Of a stretch of 20,000 bases of DNA, positions 1 through 7,823 are shown one piece after another. The stretch covers positions 60,907 through 80,906 of the forward strand of contig JAVYOA010000003.1 in NCBI GenBank assembly GCA_038734945.1, given 5' to 3'. This stretch comes from Fervidicoccaceae archaeon (GTDB taxonomy: Archaea; Thermoproteota; Thermoprotei_A; Sulfolobales; Fervidicoccaceae). Under the pieces are notes generated by a model, which worked only from the letters and a program-made list of their open reading frames with translations, was not told the origin of the DNA and made no database searches. A program made the translations under genes and the position numbers. Every line of letters begins with the position of its first letter. Within the stretch, counting starts at the first letter, position 1.

Positions 1-1155
1 GACAAACAGCTCTTCCTTCACAATTCCAGCAGATAGAGGAGGAAGACCTGCAGCGCTTAGAGCCCCTATTAAGAATCCAGCTGTCTCAATTTTGAATCCC
101 TTTCCCCAAAGTCCCTTCAGCCTCGAGATATCCCTTGTGTGGAGGGAGTGCTCTACTCTTCCACTCACAAGGAATAAAAGTGCCTTGAAGAGAGCATGAT
201 TGAAGAGGTATAGTAGGGCAACGTAGAACTCCCCAAGACATATTGCTATGAACATGAGTGAGAGGGAACTAAGTGTGCTGAAGGCCAGGACTCTCTTTAT
301 ATCCATTGAAACCAAGCCAGCTAGCGAAGAGAGGTAAAGAGTAATTATAGATACTGCTAGAAGAAAAGCAACAGCTGCTTGATTTCCAAGGAAAATTGGA
401 TAGAATCTTAGCATGAGATATACTCCAGCTTTAACCATTGTGGCAGCATGGAGCAGTGCGCTTACTGTGGTGGGCCCTTCCATAGCATCGGGAAGCCATG
501 TGTGCAGCGGAAATTGAGCGGACTTCCCCATTGCCGCGAGAACCAGGAGTGGTAAAAAGGGAATAAGTTTCAATGAAAGCTGCTGAGAGGACAGAATCGC
601 TGGAATGCTGGATTCTCCGTAATATAGAGCAATAGAGGCAAATGCCATTAAACCAACGTCTCCAATTCTGGTCATGATCAGGGCCTTCATTCCAGCCCTC
701 CTGGCTTCTTTCCTTTCCCACCAATACGCTATTAAAAGCGCACTGCACACTCCAACAAGCTCCCAATTGAGGAGTAGATATATTATGTCGGAGGCTAGAA
801 CTAAGTTCAGCATTGCTCCAACGAAGAGAGAAATCAGAGAATAATACCTTGTAAAGTCCTTAGCATTCTTCATATAGTCAACACTGTAGATAGCGACTGC
901 ACTTCCAATGAGGCTCACAACAAGGGAGAAGAAGGCGGATAGCCTATCTAGATATAGCGATATATGTGGAAGAAATTGTATCTCTATTGGAAGATATGGC
1001 AGAGATATTAAATACATTGATATTGCTAGAGAAAGAATTGCTGAGGCAATTGCAAGCAGCTCAGCAATTGCTCTCCTTCTGAAAAGAAGGATAAGAGCAG
1101 AGGCTACAAAGCTGTTGAGGGAGAGGATTGCGAGAAGATTTGTTGTGGTTTCCAC
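1..1155 (-). CDS. NuoL/MrpA-like antiporter-type membrane subunit of the hydrogenase complex (3' end runs off the window)
   Basis: Not in the ORF track because it has no stop in the window; translated by hand. GTG at 1155 follows a GGGGTGA RBS, and the frame is open to position 1: METTTNLLAILSLN...LNWELVGVCSALLIAYW...RIGDVG...MGKSAQFPLHTWLPDAMEGPTTVSALLHAATMVKAGVYL...DIKRVLAFST...NHALFKALLFL. These are hallmark NuoL/ND5 motifs. Confidence 0.93.
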   Translation of the reverse strand, partial: METTTNLLAILSLNSFVASALILLFRRRAIAELLAIASAILSLAISMYLISLPYLPIEIQFLPHISLYLDRLSAFFSLVVSLIGSAVAIYSVDYMKNAKDFTRYYSLISLFVGAMLNLVLASDIIYLLLNWELVGVCSALLIAYWWERKEARRAGMKALIMTRIGDVGLMAFASIALYYGESSIPAILSSQQLSLKLIPFLPLLVLAAMGKSAQFPLHTWLPDAMEGPTTVSALLHAATMVKAGVYLMLRFYPIFLGNQAAVAFLLAVSIITLYLSSLAGLVSMDIKRVLAFSTLSSLSLMFIAICLGEFYVALLYLFNHALFKALLFLVSGRVEHSLHTRDISRLKGLWGKGFKIETAGFLIGALSAAGLPPLSAGIVKEELFV

Positions 1156-1162
1156 TTTTTCA

Positions 1163-1444
1163 TCACCCCGAGTGCTCTCTCAGTTCATCGAAATCCTCAA
1201 CCTTCCTGCTCTTAGAAAGGGATATGAGAAAGGATATGAGAACAGCTTCCGAAATTCCAGAAATGCTTGCTATTAGAACTATGGCAAATGAAGATGGACA
1301 TATGGAGGAAATAAGATAAACTGCTCCAATTGATGCTGAAAAGATTCCCAATATGAACCTAAAGAGGCTTCTATAGGTTAGAATAGCAGCTATGCCCGCA
1401 CTTATGAGGAGAGAAGATAAAATTGCTGTCAATACTGGTATCAT
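1163..1444 (-). CDS. NuoK-like small 3-TM membrane subunit
   Basis: 93 aa with three hydrophobic helices. ISGISEAVLISF resembles NuoK TM3 (AAAEAAIG). It lies between J-like and L-like genes, with an ATGA overlap and a GGAGGTG RBS. Confidence 0.72.
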   Translation of the reverse strand: MIPVLTAILSSLLISAGIAAILTYRSLFRFILGIFSASIGAVYLISSICPSSFAIVLIASISGISEAVLISFLISLSKSRKVEDFDELREHSG

Positions 1445-1896
1445 TTTCTAGCACCTCCAAGCAAAATTATGATTATTCCTATGGCTATCACTAGAGCAGT
1501 AGCAAGGGAAGTTATGTCTAGATAGCTTATCGGGAGAGTGGGGGAAAGAATGCATGAACCCCCTCTAGGACCCGCTATTTTAATTGCTGTTGAAAAGAGA
1601 ACAGAAACTAGGGCAGGTATAACTATCAGCTTCAATAGCTTGCCCGATGAGGCTATTACTGCTTCTTTTTTGCTGAGAAGAATGGTTGAGACATATGTGA
1701 GAGCAGTTAGTCCGCCGCTGTAAATGAGAACGACTGCTAATCCTGCCTTAGGATCCACTTCAGCAGCTATGGAGAGACCTATGAGCAGAGAGCCAAAAAG
1801 GATAGATACTATGCTGAGAGACCACTTCTCTGTAATCAATGAAAATATGATGACAGCGCTCCCTAGTATGGCCAGGGCTGAAGCGATAATGTCCAT
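1441..1896 (-). CDS. NuoJ-like membrane subunit
   Basis: About 151 aa with about 5 TM segments. VLIYSGG resembles the NuoJ TM3 motif (IIVYAGAI). Start placed at ATG 1896 after GGTGGG; the ORF track extends to 1908. Confidence 0.7.
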   Translation of the reverse strand: MDIIASALAILGSAVIIFSLITEKWSLSIVSILFGSLLIGLSIAAEVDPKAGLAVVLIYSGGLTALTYVSTILLSKKEAVIASSGKLLKLIVIPALVSVLFSTAIKIAGPRGGSCILSPTLPISYLDITSLATALVIAIGIIIILLGGARK

Positions 1897-1908
1897 CTTT
1901 CCCACCAC

Positions 1909-2265
1909 TCATTTTATTATGATTATTGGATCCACATTCTTCCTCATCTCTATGGCATTCTGCCTGCACACCTGGGCGCATAGACCACAATAGATGCACT
2001 TTGAATAATCGAAGCTTGGATTCTTGATTTCAACCTGTCTATTGCCAAGCATTCTCTTTCCTCCAGGTATCATGGTTATTGCCTGAGCTGGACAGGATAA
2101 TGCGCAGAGAGAACAACCAATGCACTTATCTGCTATCAGGACTGGTATGCCTCTTGAAACTTCTGTGAATGCTCTTTCAGTATCTTCTGATGGAAAAGTC
2201 TCCGGTCTTGAAAAAAAGCTCTCTATAGCTTCAAACACTGTCTTCACGCTTTTTTTCGCTACCAT
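1909..2265 (-). CDS. NuoI/HycF-like 2x[4Fe-4S] ferredoxin subunit
   Basis: Two cluster motifs, CIGCSLCALSCP and CIYCGLCAQVCR; located between the H-like and J-like genes. Confidence 0.92.
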   Translation of the reverse strand: MVAKKSVKTVFEAIESFFSRPETFPSEDTERAFTEVSRGIPVLIADKCIGCSLCALSCPAQAITMIPGGKRMLGNRQVEIKNPSFDYSKCIYCGLCAQVCRQNAIEMRKNVDPIIIIK

Positions 2266-3233
2266 AATCCCATCCTCCAGCTTGTTATTATTAGCGCCTG
2301 TATCACGAGCATTGATGCTAATGGAAGAGCAAGCCTCATGGGAAGGAGCATGCTCCTCACTCTCACAGCTACTCCCTCAATGAATGCTAGAAGTATAATT
2401 AGTGCGATAGACTTGAGAAGGAAGTATATTGGCCAAAGAATTGGTAAGCTTGAAACAAGGGGACCATAGCCTCCGCCAAGGAATAGGGACACTATAAGAA
2501 AAATGCTGAGGGTAAAGTCCATGTCGCCAGAGAGTCTTATGTAAGCCAGAGTCCTGCCTGAAAGCTCACTCATCCAACCTGCTGCAATTTCCTGCTTGGC
2601 GTGAGGCAAATCGAATGGAGGCTTCTCTAGCTTTGCAAGCAAGGAGATAACTGCTACAGCAAAACCTATAGGCTGATAAACAATGATAGGAACATTCTGT
2701 ACCTGGTACTGAACGATCTCACTAATCGTAGCTGATCCTACCTGCAAAAATATGATTGCAAAGCAAGACAAGAAGATCAGCTCATAGAGAGAGTACTGCA
2801 CTATTAACCTGCTTGTACCCACTAGTGTGAAGGGAGTCTTTATGGACATTCCCGCCATGAGATAGGAAAAAGATGTCAAGGCAAATATAACTAATATGAC
2901 CAACAGATCTCCGTTGAAGCTGAGAATAGAGCTCTTGGAAAAAAATGGTATGTGGAGAAAACCGTAGGTGAGAAGTGTAACTCCCACGAGTGGAGAGAGC
3001 CTGTACAGGAGTATATCTGTTCCCTCTGAAATTATCTCCCTCTTTCCCAATAGCTTCAGGAAATCAGCTACAGGCTGCAGGATGCCTCCAGGTCCAGTGA
3101 AGTACGGTCCAATTCTTTTCTGAACCCTAGCTATGGCTTTTCTCTCTACCCATTCAAAGAAAAAGCAGAGAAAGAGAAATACTATTCCTGCCCCAAGAGC
3201 TAGAATTGGTACTAGAAAAATGGAGTAGCTCAT
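2259..3233 (-). CDS. NuoH/HycD-like membrane anchor subunit
   Basis: ERKAIARVQKRIGP, GILQPVADFLKLLGK, PFDLP, FLGGG and about 8 TM segments. ATG at 3233 makes an ATGA overlap with the large-subunit stop; the ORF track start is 3242. Confidence 0.93.
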   Translation of the reverse strand: MSYSIFLVPILALGAGIVFLFLCFFFEWVERKAIARVQKRIGPYFTGPGGILQPVADFLKLLGKREIISEGTDILLYRLSPLVGVTLLTYGFLHIPFFSKSSILSFNGDLLVILVIFALTSFSYLMAGMSIKTPFTLVGTSRLIVQYSLYELIFLSCFAIIFLQVGSATISEIVQYQVQNVPIIVYQPIGFAVAVISLLAKLEKPPFDLPHAKQEIAAGWMSELSGRTLAYIRLSGDMDFTLSIFLIVSLFLGGGYGPLVSSLPILWPIYFLLKSIALIILLAFIEGVAVRVRSMLLPMRLALPLASMLVIQALIITSWRMGLW

Positions 3234-4894
3234 AGAGAACACCCAAGGCCAATTCCCTGAGGAGCTGCCCTAGGCAGTTTTACGATGAACGGCTCCTTTC
3301 TGTTAATGTAGACTATTGCTCTATCCTCACAGCTGAAGCAGGGATCTATCATTGTTAAAATTAGGGGGACGTCGGATAGCGTGTATCCTTTTATTGCCTC
3401 TGAAGCCAAAACGAGATTTGGCAGTGTTGGCGTTCTTATTTTAACTCTGTAGGGATTTCTCATTCCGACTTTGCCCCTAATATAATAGTAGAGTTCTCCC
3501 CTCGGTGGCTCAGTTCTTGCAAAAGCTTCACCATCCTTTGAAGTTCCCATGAAGAAAGCTGAAGGAACGGGATTTCCGGAGGGCATTTTCTCAACTAGCT
3601 GTTGGATTATTCCTATTGATTCGAAGGTCTCCTTTACTCTTACTTCAGCAATTGTGAGAACGTCTCCCCTATTTCCAGTTACAACATCAAACGAAACTTC
3701 TGGATAAGCGCCATATGGTTCAACTTTTCTTATATCATAGGGAACACCCGTGGCTCTGAGAACTGGGCCAACGGCTCCTGAAGAAATAGCTGTGTCTGCA
3801 TGATATATGCCTATGCCTCTTGTTCTTTCTTCCAGAGGACCGTATGACATGACCTCCTCAGTTATTCTTCTGAACTCCTTCTCAAATTCCGATATTTCTC
3901 TCTTCACGACCTTCAATTTTTCATCCGAAACATCGTATCTAACTCCTCCAATCGTAATGAAGGATTTATTGACCCTATTTCCCGCAATCATTTCTAAGAG
4001 CTTCATTATCCTCTCTCTGGCAGACCAGAGCCACATGAACATTGAGTCGAAACCTACCCAGTATCCGAGGAGTCCTATCCATAGAGAGTGGCTGTGTATC
4101 CTCTCAAGCTCGGCAACTAGCGTCCTCAAGAATTCTGCCTTTTTATTCGGAGATATCCCCAAGAGATTCTCAACAGCAAGAGTATACGTCCAAGAATGAT
4201 GAAAGCTGCAAATTCCGCATACTCTCTCAACCAGAAAGAGGGTTTGAAGGAAGCTCCTGGTCTCTGCAAGTTTCTCTATGCCCCTATGAACGTACCCTAT
4301 TCTTGGTCTTGCCTCCACAATCTTCTCTCCTTCGAGTGCTATGGCAAAGTGCTCAGGCTCCTTTAGAGCTGGATGATACGGGCCAAAAGGCAGTATTACT
4401 ATGCTCTCAACACTGTACCTGGAGGACCCAGTTATTGGTATAACCGATGAAGGTGGCTCCTGCATCTGAACTTCATTGAGGATCTGCATTAGTTGTTCAA
4501 GTGAAACTGTTTTGAGGAGAGGCGGTGGGGCACCTTGAGGATAGCTTTCCGGTAGGAGAAGCTTGGCATTTGGTAGAGGATGTCCAATGAAGCTGACTCC
4601 AAACATGTCTCTTATTTCCATCTCATATATATAGGCCCCTCTGATCTGAGAGCTTATGCTCTCGACAGCTGCTCCTTTTTCAGGAAGGGATACTAGCAGA
4701 TGTTTCATTTCTCCTTTCCAATTATCAAAGGAATAGATCAGTTCAATGCTGTTTGCCACATGGGTGGCGGTGATTCCTACTAAATGGGGATAGCTCGAGA
4801 TAACTGCTCTGACGGTTTCAGGAAGGGATTCCGGAAATACTGTTAAGACAGAAGAGCTGTCATTCCTTTTCAGGCTTACTGCTCCCATTCTCAT
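3230..4894 (-). CDS. Group 4 [NiFe]-hydrogenase large subunit fused to an N-terminal NuoC-like domain (HycE/HyfG-type architecture)
   Basis: The N-terminal part has YEMEIRDMFGVSFIGHP (NuoC-like). It is followed by FGPYHPALKEP, GYVHRGIEK, the L1 motif ERVCGIC, ELERIHSH, EPPRGE, YRVKIRTP and the L2 motif DPCFSCEDR, then a 29-aa C-terminal extension. The GGAGGTG RBS favours ATG 4894 or 4888 over the ORF-track start 4906. Confidence 0.93.
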   Translation of the reverse strand: MRMGAVSLKRNDSSSVLTVFPESLPETVRAVISSYPHLVGITATHVANSIELIYSFDNWKGEMKHLLVSLPEKGAAVESISSQIRGAYIYEMEIRDMFGVSFIGHPLPNAKLLLPESYPQGAPPPLLKTVSLEQLMQILNEVQMQEPPSSVIPITGSSRYSVESIVILPFGPYHPALKEPEHFAIALEGEKIVEARPRIGYVHRGIEKLAETRSFLQTLFLVERVCGICSFHHSWTYTLAVENLLGISPNKKAEFLRTLVAELERIHSHSLWIGLLGYWVGFDSMFMWLWSARERIMKLLEMIAGNRVNKSFITIGGVRYDVSDEKLKVVKREISEFEKEFRRITEEVMSYGPLEERTRGIGIYHADTAISSGAVGPVLRATGVPYDIRKVEPYGAYPEVSFDVVTGNRGDVLTIAEVRVKETFESIGIIQQLVEKMPSGNPVPSAFFMGTSKDGEAFARTEPPRGELYYYIRGKVGMRNPYRVKIRTPTLPNLVLASEAIKGYTLSDVPLILTMIDPCFSCEDRAIVYINRKEPFIVKLPRAAPQGIGLGCSL

Positions 4895-5324
4895 CTGCAC
4901 CTCCAAGCTGATTCTCGTAGAATTTTTTGATGATGGAATAGATCATTCTCGGATTTGGAGGACATCCTGGAATGCATATCACGTTTTTGAGAACCTTATC
5001 CACTCCTCCTATAACATTGTACCCTCCTCGGAAGACTCCTCCACTGCATGCACAAGTTCCAATAGCCAGAACAACCTTGGGTTCAGGAATTTGATCGTAT
5101 ATCATTCTCAGGGATCCAAGAGTCTGTCTCGTGACTGGACCGGTTACAACCAATATATCAGCGTGTTTTGGAGAGGAAGTTAGAATTGCTCCAAGCCTCT
5201 CAACATCGTACTTAGGTGTGAGAGATGCTACCACCTCAATATCACAGCCGTTGCATCCACCTGAGTTGAAATGGAAGAGCCAAGGGCTCCTCCTCACCAA
5301 CCGGAGTGAGCTATTTTTTTCCAA
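4860..5324 (-). CDS. [NiFe]-hydrogenase small subunit (NuoB/HycG-like, one [4Fe-4S] cluster)
   Basis: GGCNGCDIE, YDVERLG, SPKHADILVVTGPVT, PKVVLAIGTCACSGG and IPGCPP. The likely start is TTG 5324 after GGGGGAG; the ORF-track start 5384 lies deep inside the upstream gene. Confidence 0.93.
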   Translation of the reverse strand: MEKNSSLRLVRRSPWLFHFNSGGCNGCDIEVVASLTPKYDVERLGAILTSSPKHADILVVTGPVTRQTLGSLRMIYDQIPEPKVVLAIGTCACSGGVFRGGYNVIGGVDKVLKNVICIPGCPPNPRMIYSIIKKFYENQLGGADENGSSKPEKE

Positions 5325-5658
5325 TGTCTCTCTCCCCCAAGTAGACGAAGTATCCAAGCACTGTTGCGAACAGGGATGCTGCAAAGAGGAGAATAATCCA
5401 AGGAGAAATTTCTACGAAGAAAGTAGCTACGAGGAGCGACTCGACTGCGAGAAGTATGGATAGAAATATGATCATATCGCTCACATGAACAAAATTCTCT
5501 CCATTGAGAGAGATCCCCGCTGTATATGGCTGGGACTTTCTTCCCCCCTTTTCAACATTGAAGAGGGGAGACTTGCTGGTTAGAACATATATGGCTGCGA
5601 ATAATGCTCCTATCACCAGAACAGAAATTATTTCTAGCTCTATTTCAGCTAGCTCCAA
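5311..5658 (-). CDS. NuoA-like 3-TM membrane subunit, first gene of the operon
   Basis: 115 aa: TM1, then a loop KSQPYTAG (compare NuoA K..PYECG), then two TMs including ILLAVES (compare FDVE). A GGAGGT RBS lies at 5666-5671. Confidence 0.7.
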   Translation of the reverse strand: MELAEIELEIISVLVIGALFAAIYVLTSKSPLFNVEKGGRKSQPYTAGISLNGENFVHVSDMIIFLSILLAVESLLVATFFVEISPWIILLFAASLFATVLGYFVYLGERDIGKK

Positions 5659-5868
5659 TCCAAATACCTCCGGAGATCAATAATTTTTAATTTATTTTCA
5701 ATTAATAAATATTTCTATGTAAAAATCTAAAATTACGAAATAATTTCTTCTATCTTATTAACGTATATTTGCTTAATCAATAATTAATAATATAAAATTA
5801 TATACAATAGCAATCTATTATTACAAATACTTATTATCCTTTTTTCAGTAAAACATCAAAGATTTGAG
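5659..5868. promoter_or_regulatory. AT-rich divergent promoter region for the hydrogenase operon and the maturation protease
   Basis: 210-bp, very AT-rich non-coding gap between head-to-head genes, with several TATA-like words. Individual boxes cannot be assigned confidently. Confidence 0.6.
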
Positions 5869-6420
5869 TTGAAAGAGCTATCAGCAAAAGAGCTGGTTGC
5901 GTTACTGTTGGAAGAAATTGAGAATAAAAAGTCCACAATAGCATGCATAGGAAGCTCTCTCAGATCGGATGATGCCGCTGCATTGAAGCTCTGCGATATT
6001 TTAAGGAAGCGAACAAGCAGCGATGAAATATTAATATGTGATGGTGGACTGGAAAACTGCTTGGATAGGCTAATCGAAAAAAAGCCGAGTAGGCTAGTAA
6101 TATTGGACGCCGCGGCTGTTGATACAAATGAGGCAGGAAAAATTTTCCTCTTTGATATTGAAGAAATCTCAGAGGGAGCTGCTTGGTCCCACAGAATTCC
6201 AATTTCAATGGCGCTGAAAATTTTGAGTAATAGCATATTGCTGGACTCAGTGATCTTAATTGGAATTGGAGGAGAGCGCTTTGATATTGGAGAGGAATTA
6301 TCCCCTTCGGTTGAGAAGCTGATAAACTATGTGGATGAACTTCTTGGAATACGTATGAAGACAATGTTAGAGCTAGAGTTTTCTTCTTATGAGAGCAAAG
6401 ATAAGAATAGGGATGGCTGA
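5869..6420 (+). CDS. hycI: Hydrogenase maturation endopeptidase, HycI-like
   Basis: IACIGSSLRSDDAAA, GLEN, LVILDAA and SHRIP supply the Asp/Asp/His metal ligands of the HycI/HybD family. It is adjacent to a large subunit with a cleavable tail. Confidence 0.88.
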   Translation: MKELSAKELVALLLEEIENKKSTIACIGSSLRSDDAAALKLCDILRKRTSSDEILICDGGLENCLDRLIEKKPSRLVILDAAAVDTNEAGKIFLFDIEEISEGAAWSHRIPISMALKILSNSILLDSVILIGIGGERFDIGEELSPSVEKLINYVDELLGIRMKTMLELEFSSYESKDKNRDG

Positions 6421-7818
6421 AAAAATAAGGGAAATAATTGGGAGGGGAATTCCAATTATTTGCTGTGTAAATAAGGAAACCAGCGGATAGCCCTCCAGCT
6501 TTATTTGAATCGATCTCAGCAACAGAGGAATTTCTCCCAGTAGAAAGCTAATGATGGCAATATCTGCCCTTCTGAGCTCCGGAAGCTCGAGAGCTGCTAT
6601 TAGCTGTATTGCTGTTGGAAGAAGCAGAAGCGATGAGATAACTGAGAGCTCTACTATGAATGACAATCTCCAGATGGAGAAGAGGCCTGAGAAAAGGAGG
6701 GAGAGAGCAACGATAACCCTACTTAATTGTATCTCCATTCTTTCAGATATCCTTCTTGAGTTCCGAAGGAGAGATGAAATATTCGAGGATACAGTGATCG
6801 TTATTCCATTGATAGTAGAGATAGCTGCTGCAAAGATGCTGACGAGAATGAATGATGAAAGAATCTCGTTCCCATAACCTAGAAGGGCATATGTGACCTG
6901 ATCTCTGTTGCTTATAGAGGGGAAAAGTGAGGCAATTGTAAGAGACCTAGCTAATAGTCCTGTCAAGACCATGAAAGCCGTGTATAGAAGCCCATAGATG
7001 CCGAAAGCAGTGATGGCCTTTCTAAGATCTTTTTCGCTTCTGGGGGAAAAGAGCCTCTGTACGACCTGGGGGTTGGAAAGTGCGAAAAATATCCAGGGGA
7101 TGGTGTAGCTCAGAAAGGTTCCGATCGTCCAATACCCCTGTCCAACAGAGAGGGATCCAGAGCTTTCCAAGAGGGAAAAGGCTCCGTGTATGCCTATACT
7201 ATGATTTGTCAAACTCAAGACGAATAAGAAGAATGCTAATCCAGCAGAGAGCATCCATATCCCCTGCATAGCATCTGTGAAAGCTATGCTCCACATCCCA
7301 GCTATCATAGTCCAAACAAAGGAAATCATCACGGAAACGAGAACACCCAAAACATAGCTCATTCCAAGGAAGCTGAATGCTAGAGAAAGACCTTGTATTT
7401 GAGCTGAAAGATAGGGAATGAGGGCTATCATTTGAAATATTGAGATGAATAGAGCAAATTTTCTGGAGCCGAACATATGCTCATTCAGCTCCGAAACTGT
7501 AGATATCTTGGCATCTCTCGAGATTTTCCACAGTTTATTGGCATATAATGAGAGGAGAAACAATGTTGCTATTAGATAGGAAAGCTCATATCCCAGACTT
7601 CCTAATCCTGTGGAGTAGGAGAGGCCAACCAATCCGACTACCATGAAGGCGCTGTAAGTAGTTGATGCATATGCCATGAAACTTAGAAACCATCCAAGTC
7701 TTGTGTGTGCAGAGTAGAAATCCGTGGCACTCCTGGAAAGAAATCTCCTGGAAAAATATGCCAGCATCGATCCAAGCAATACGTAAGCAGAAAACATTAG
7801 AATAAATGAAGAGATCAA
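6373..7818 (-). CDS. Sodium:solute symporter family (SSF; PutP/PanF-like) transporter
   Basis: 481 aa with about 13 TM segments; motifs DFYSA, ASTTYSAFMVVGLVG, PYLSAQIQG, GMWSIAFTDAMQG, NPQVVQRLF and FAAAISTING. The substrate cannot be determined from sequence. Confidence 0.92.
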   Translation of the reverse strand: MISSFILMFSAYVLLGSMLAYFSRRFLSRSATDFYSAHTRLGWFLSFMAYASTTYSAFMVVGLVGLSYSTGLGSLGYELSYLIATLFLLSLYANKLWKISRDAKISTVSELNEHMFGSRKFALFISIFQMIALIPYLSAQIQGLSLAFSFLGMSYVLGVLVSVMISFVWTMIAGMWSIAFTDAMQGIWMLSAGLAFFLFVLSLTNHSIGIHGAFSLLESSGSLSVGQGYWTIGTFLSYTIPWIFFALSNPQVVQRLFSPRSEKDLRKAITAFGIYGLLYTAFMVLTGLLARSLTIASLFPSISNRDQVTYALLGYGNEILSSFILVSIFAAAISTINGITITVSSNISSLLRNSRRISERMEIQLSRVIVALSLLFSGLFSIWRLSFIVELSVISSLLLLPTAIQLIAALELPELRRADIAIISFLLGEIPLLLRSIQIKLEGYPLVSLFTQQIIGIPLPIISLIFSAIPILIFALIRRKL

Positions 7819-7823
7819 TATCT

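Noticed and set aside
1219..1242. Tandem repeat GGATATGAGAA(A/C) x2
   Set aside because: It encodes LISFLIS in a TM helix of the K-like subunit; low-complexity coding sequence, two copies only.
431..1319. ORF-track entries 431-766, 908-1276 and 1128-1319
   Set aside because: Off-frame or antisense shadows of the NuoL-like and NuoK-like genes.
1..5658. Calling the operon NADH dehydrogenase/complex I or the sulfane reductase Mbs
   Set aside because: All four Ni-binding cysteines, a cleavable tail and an adjacent maturation protease are present, and there are no NuoEFG genes.
5659..5868. Short inverted repeats in the hydrogenase promoter (ATTTATT-N7-AATAAAT, AATAG-N4-CTATT) and a search for a SurR box (GTT-N3-AAC)
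   Set aside because: The arms are short for such an AT-rich region, and I saw no SurR-type motif.
6373..6420. 48-bp convergent overlap of hycI and the symporter (also 11 bp for the hypothetical/prx pair)
   Set aside because: Tail-to-tail overlaps are common in compact archaeal genomes; no sign of further function.
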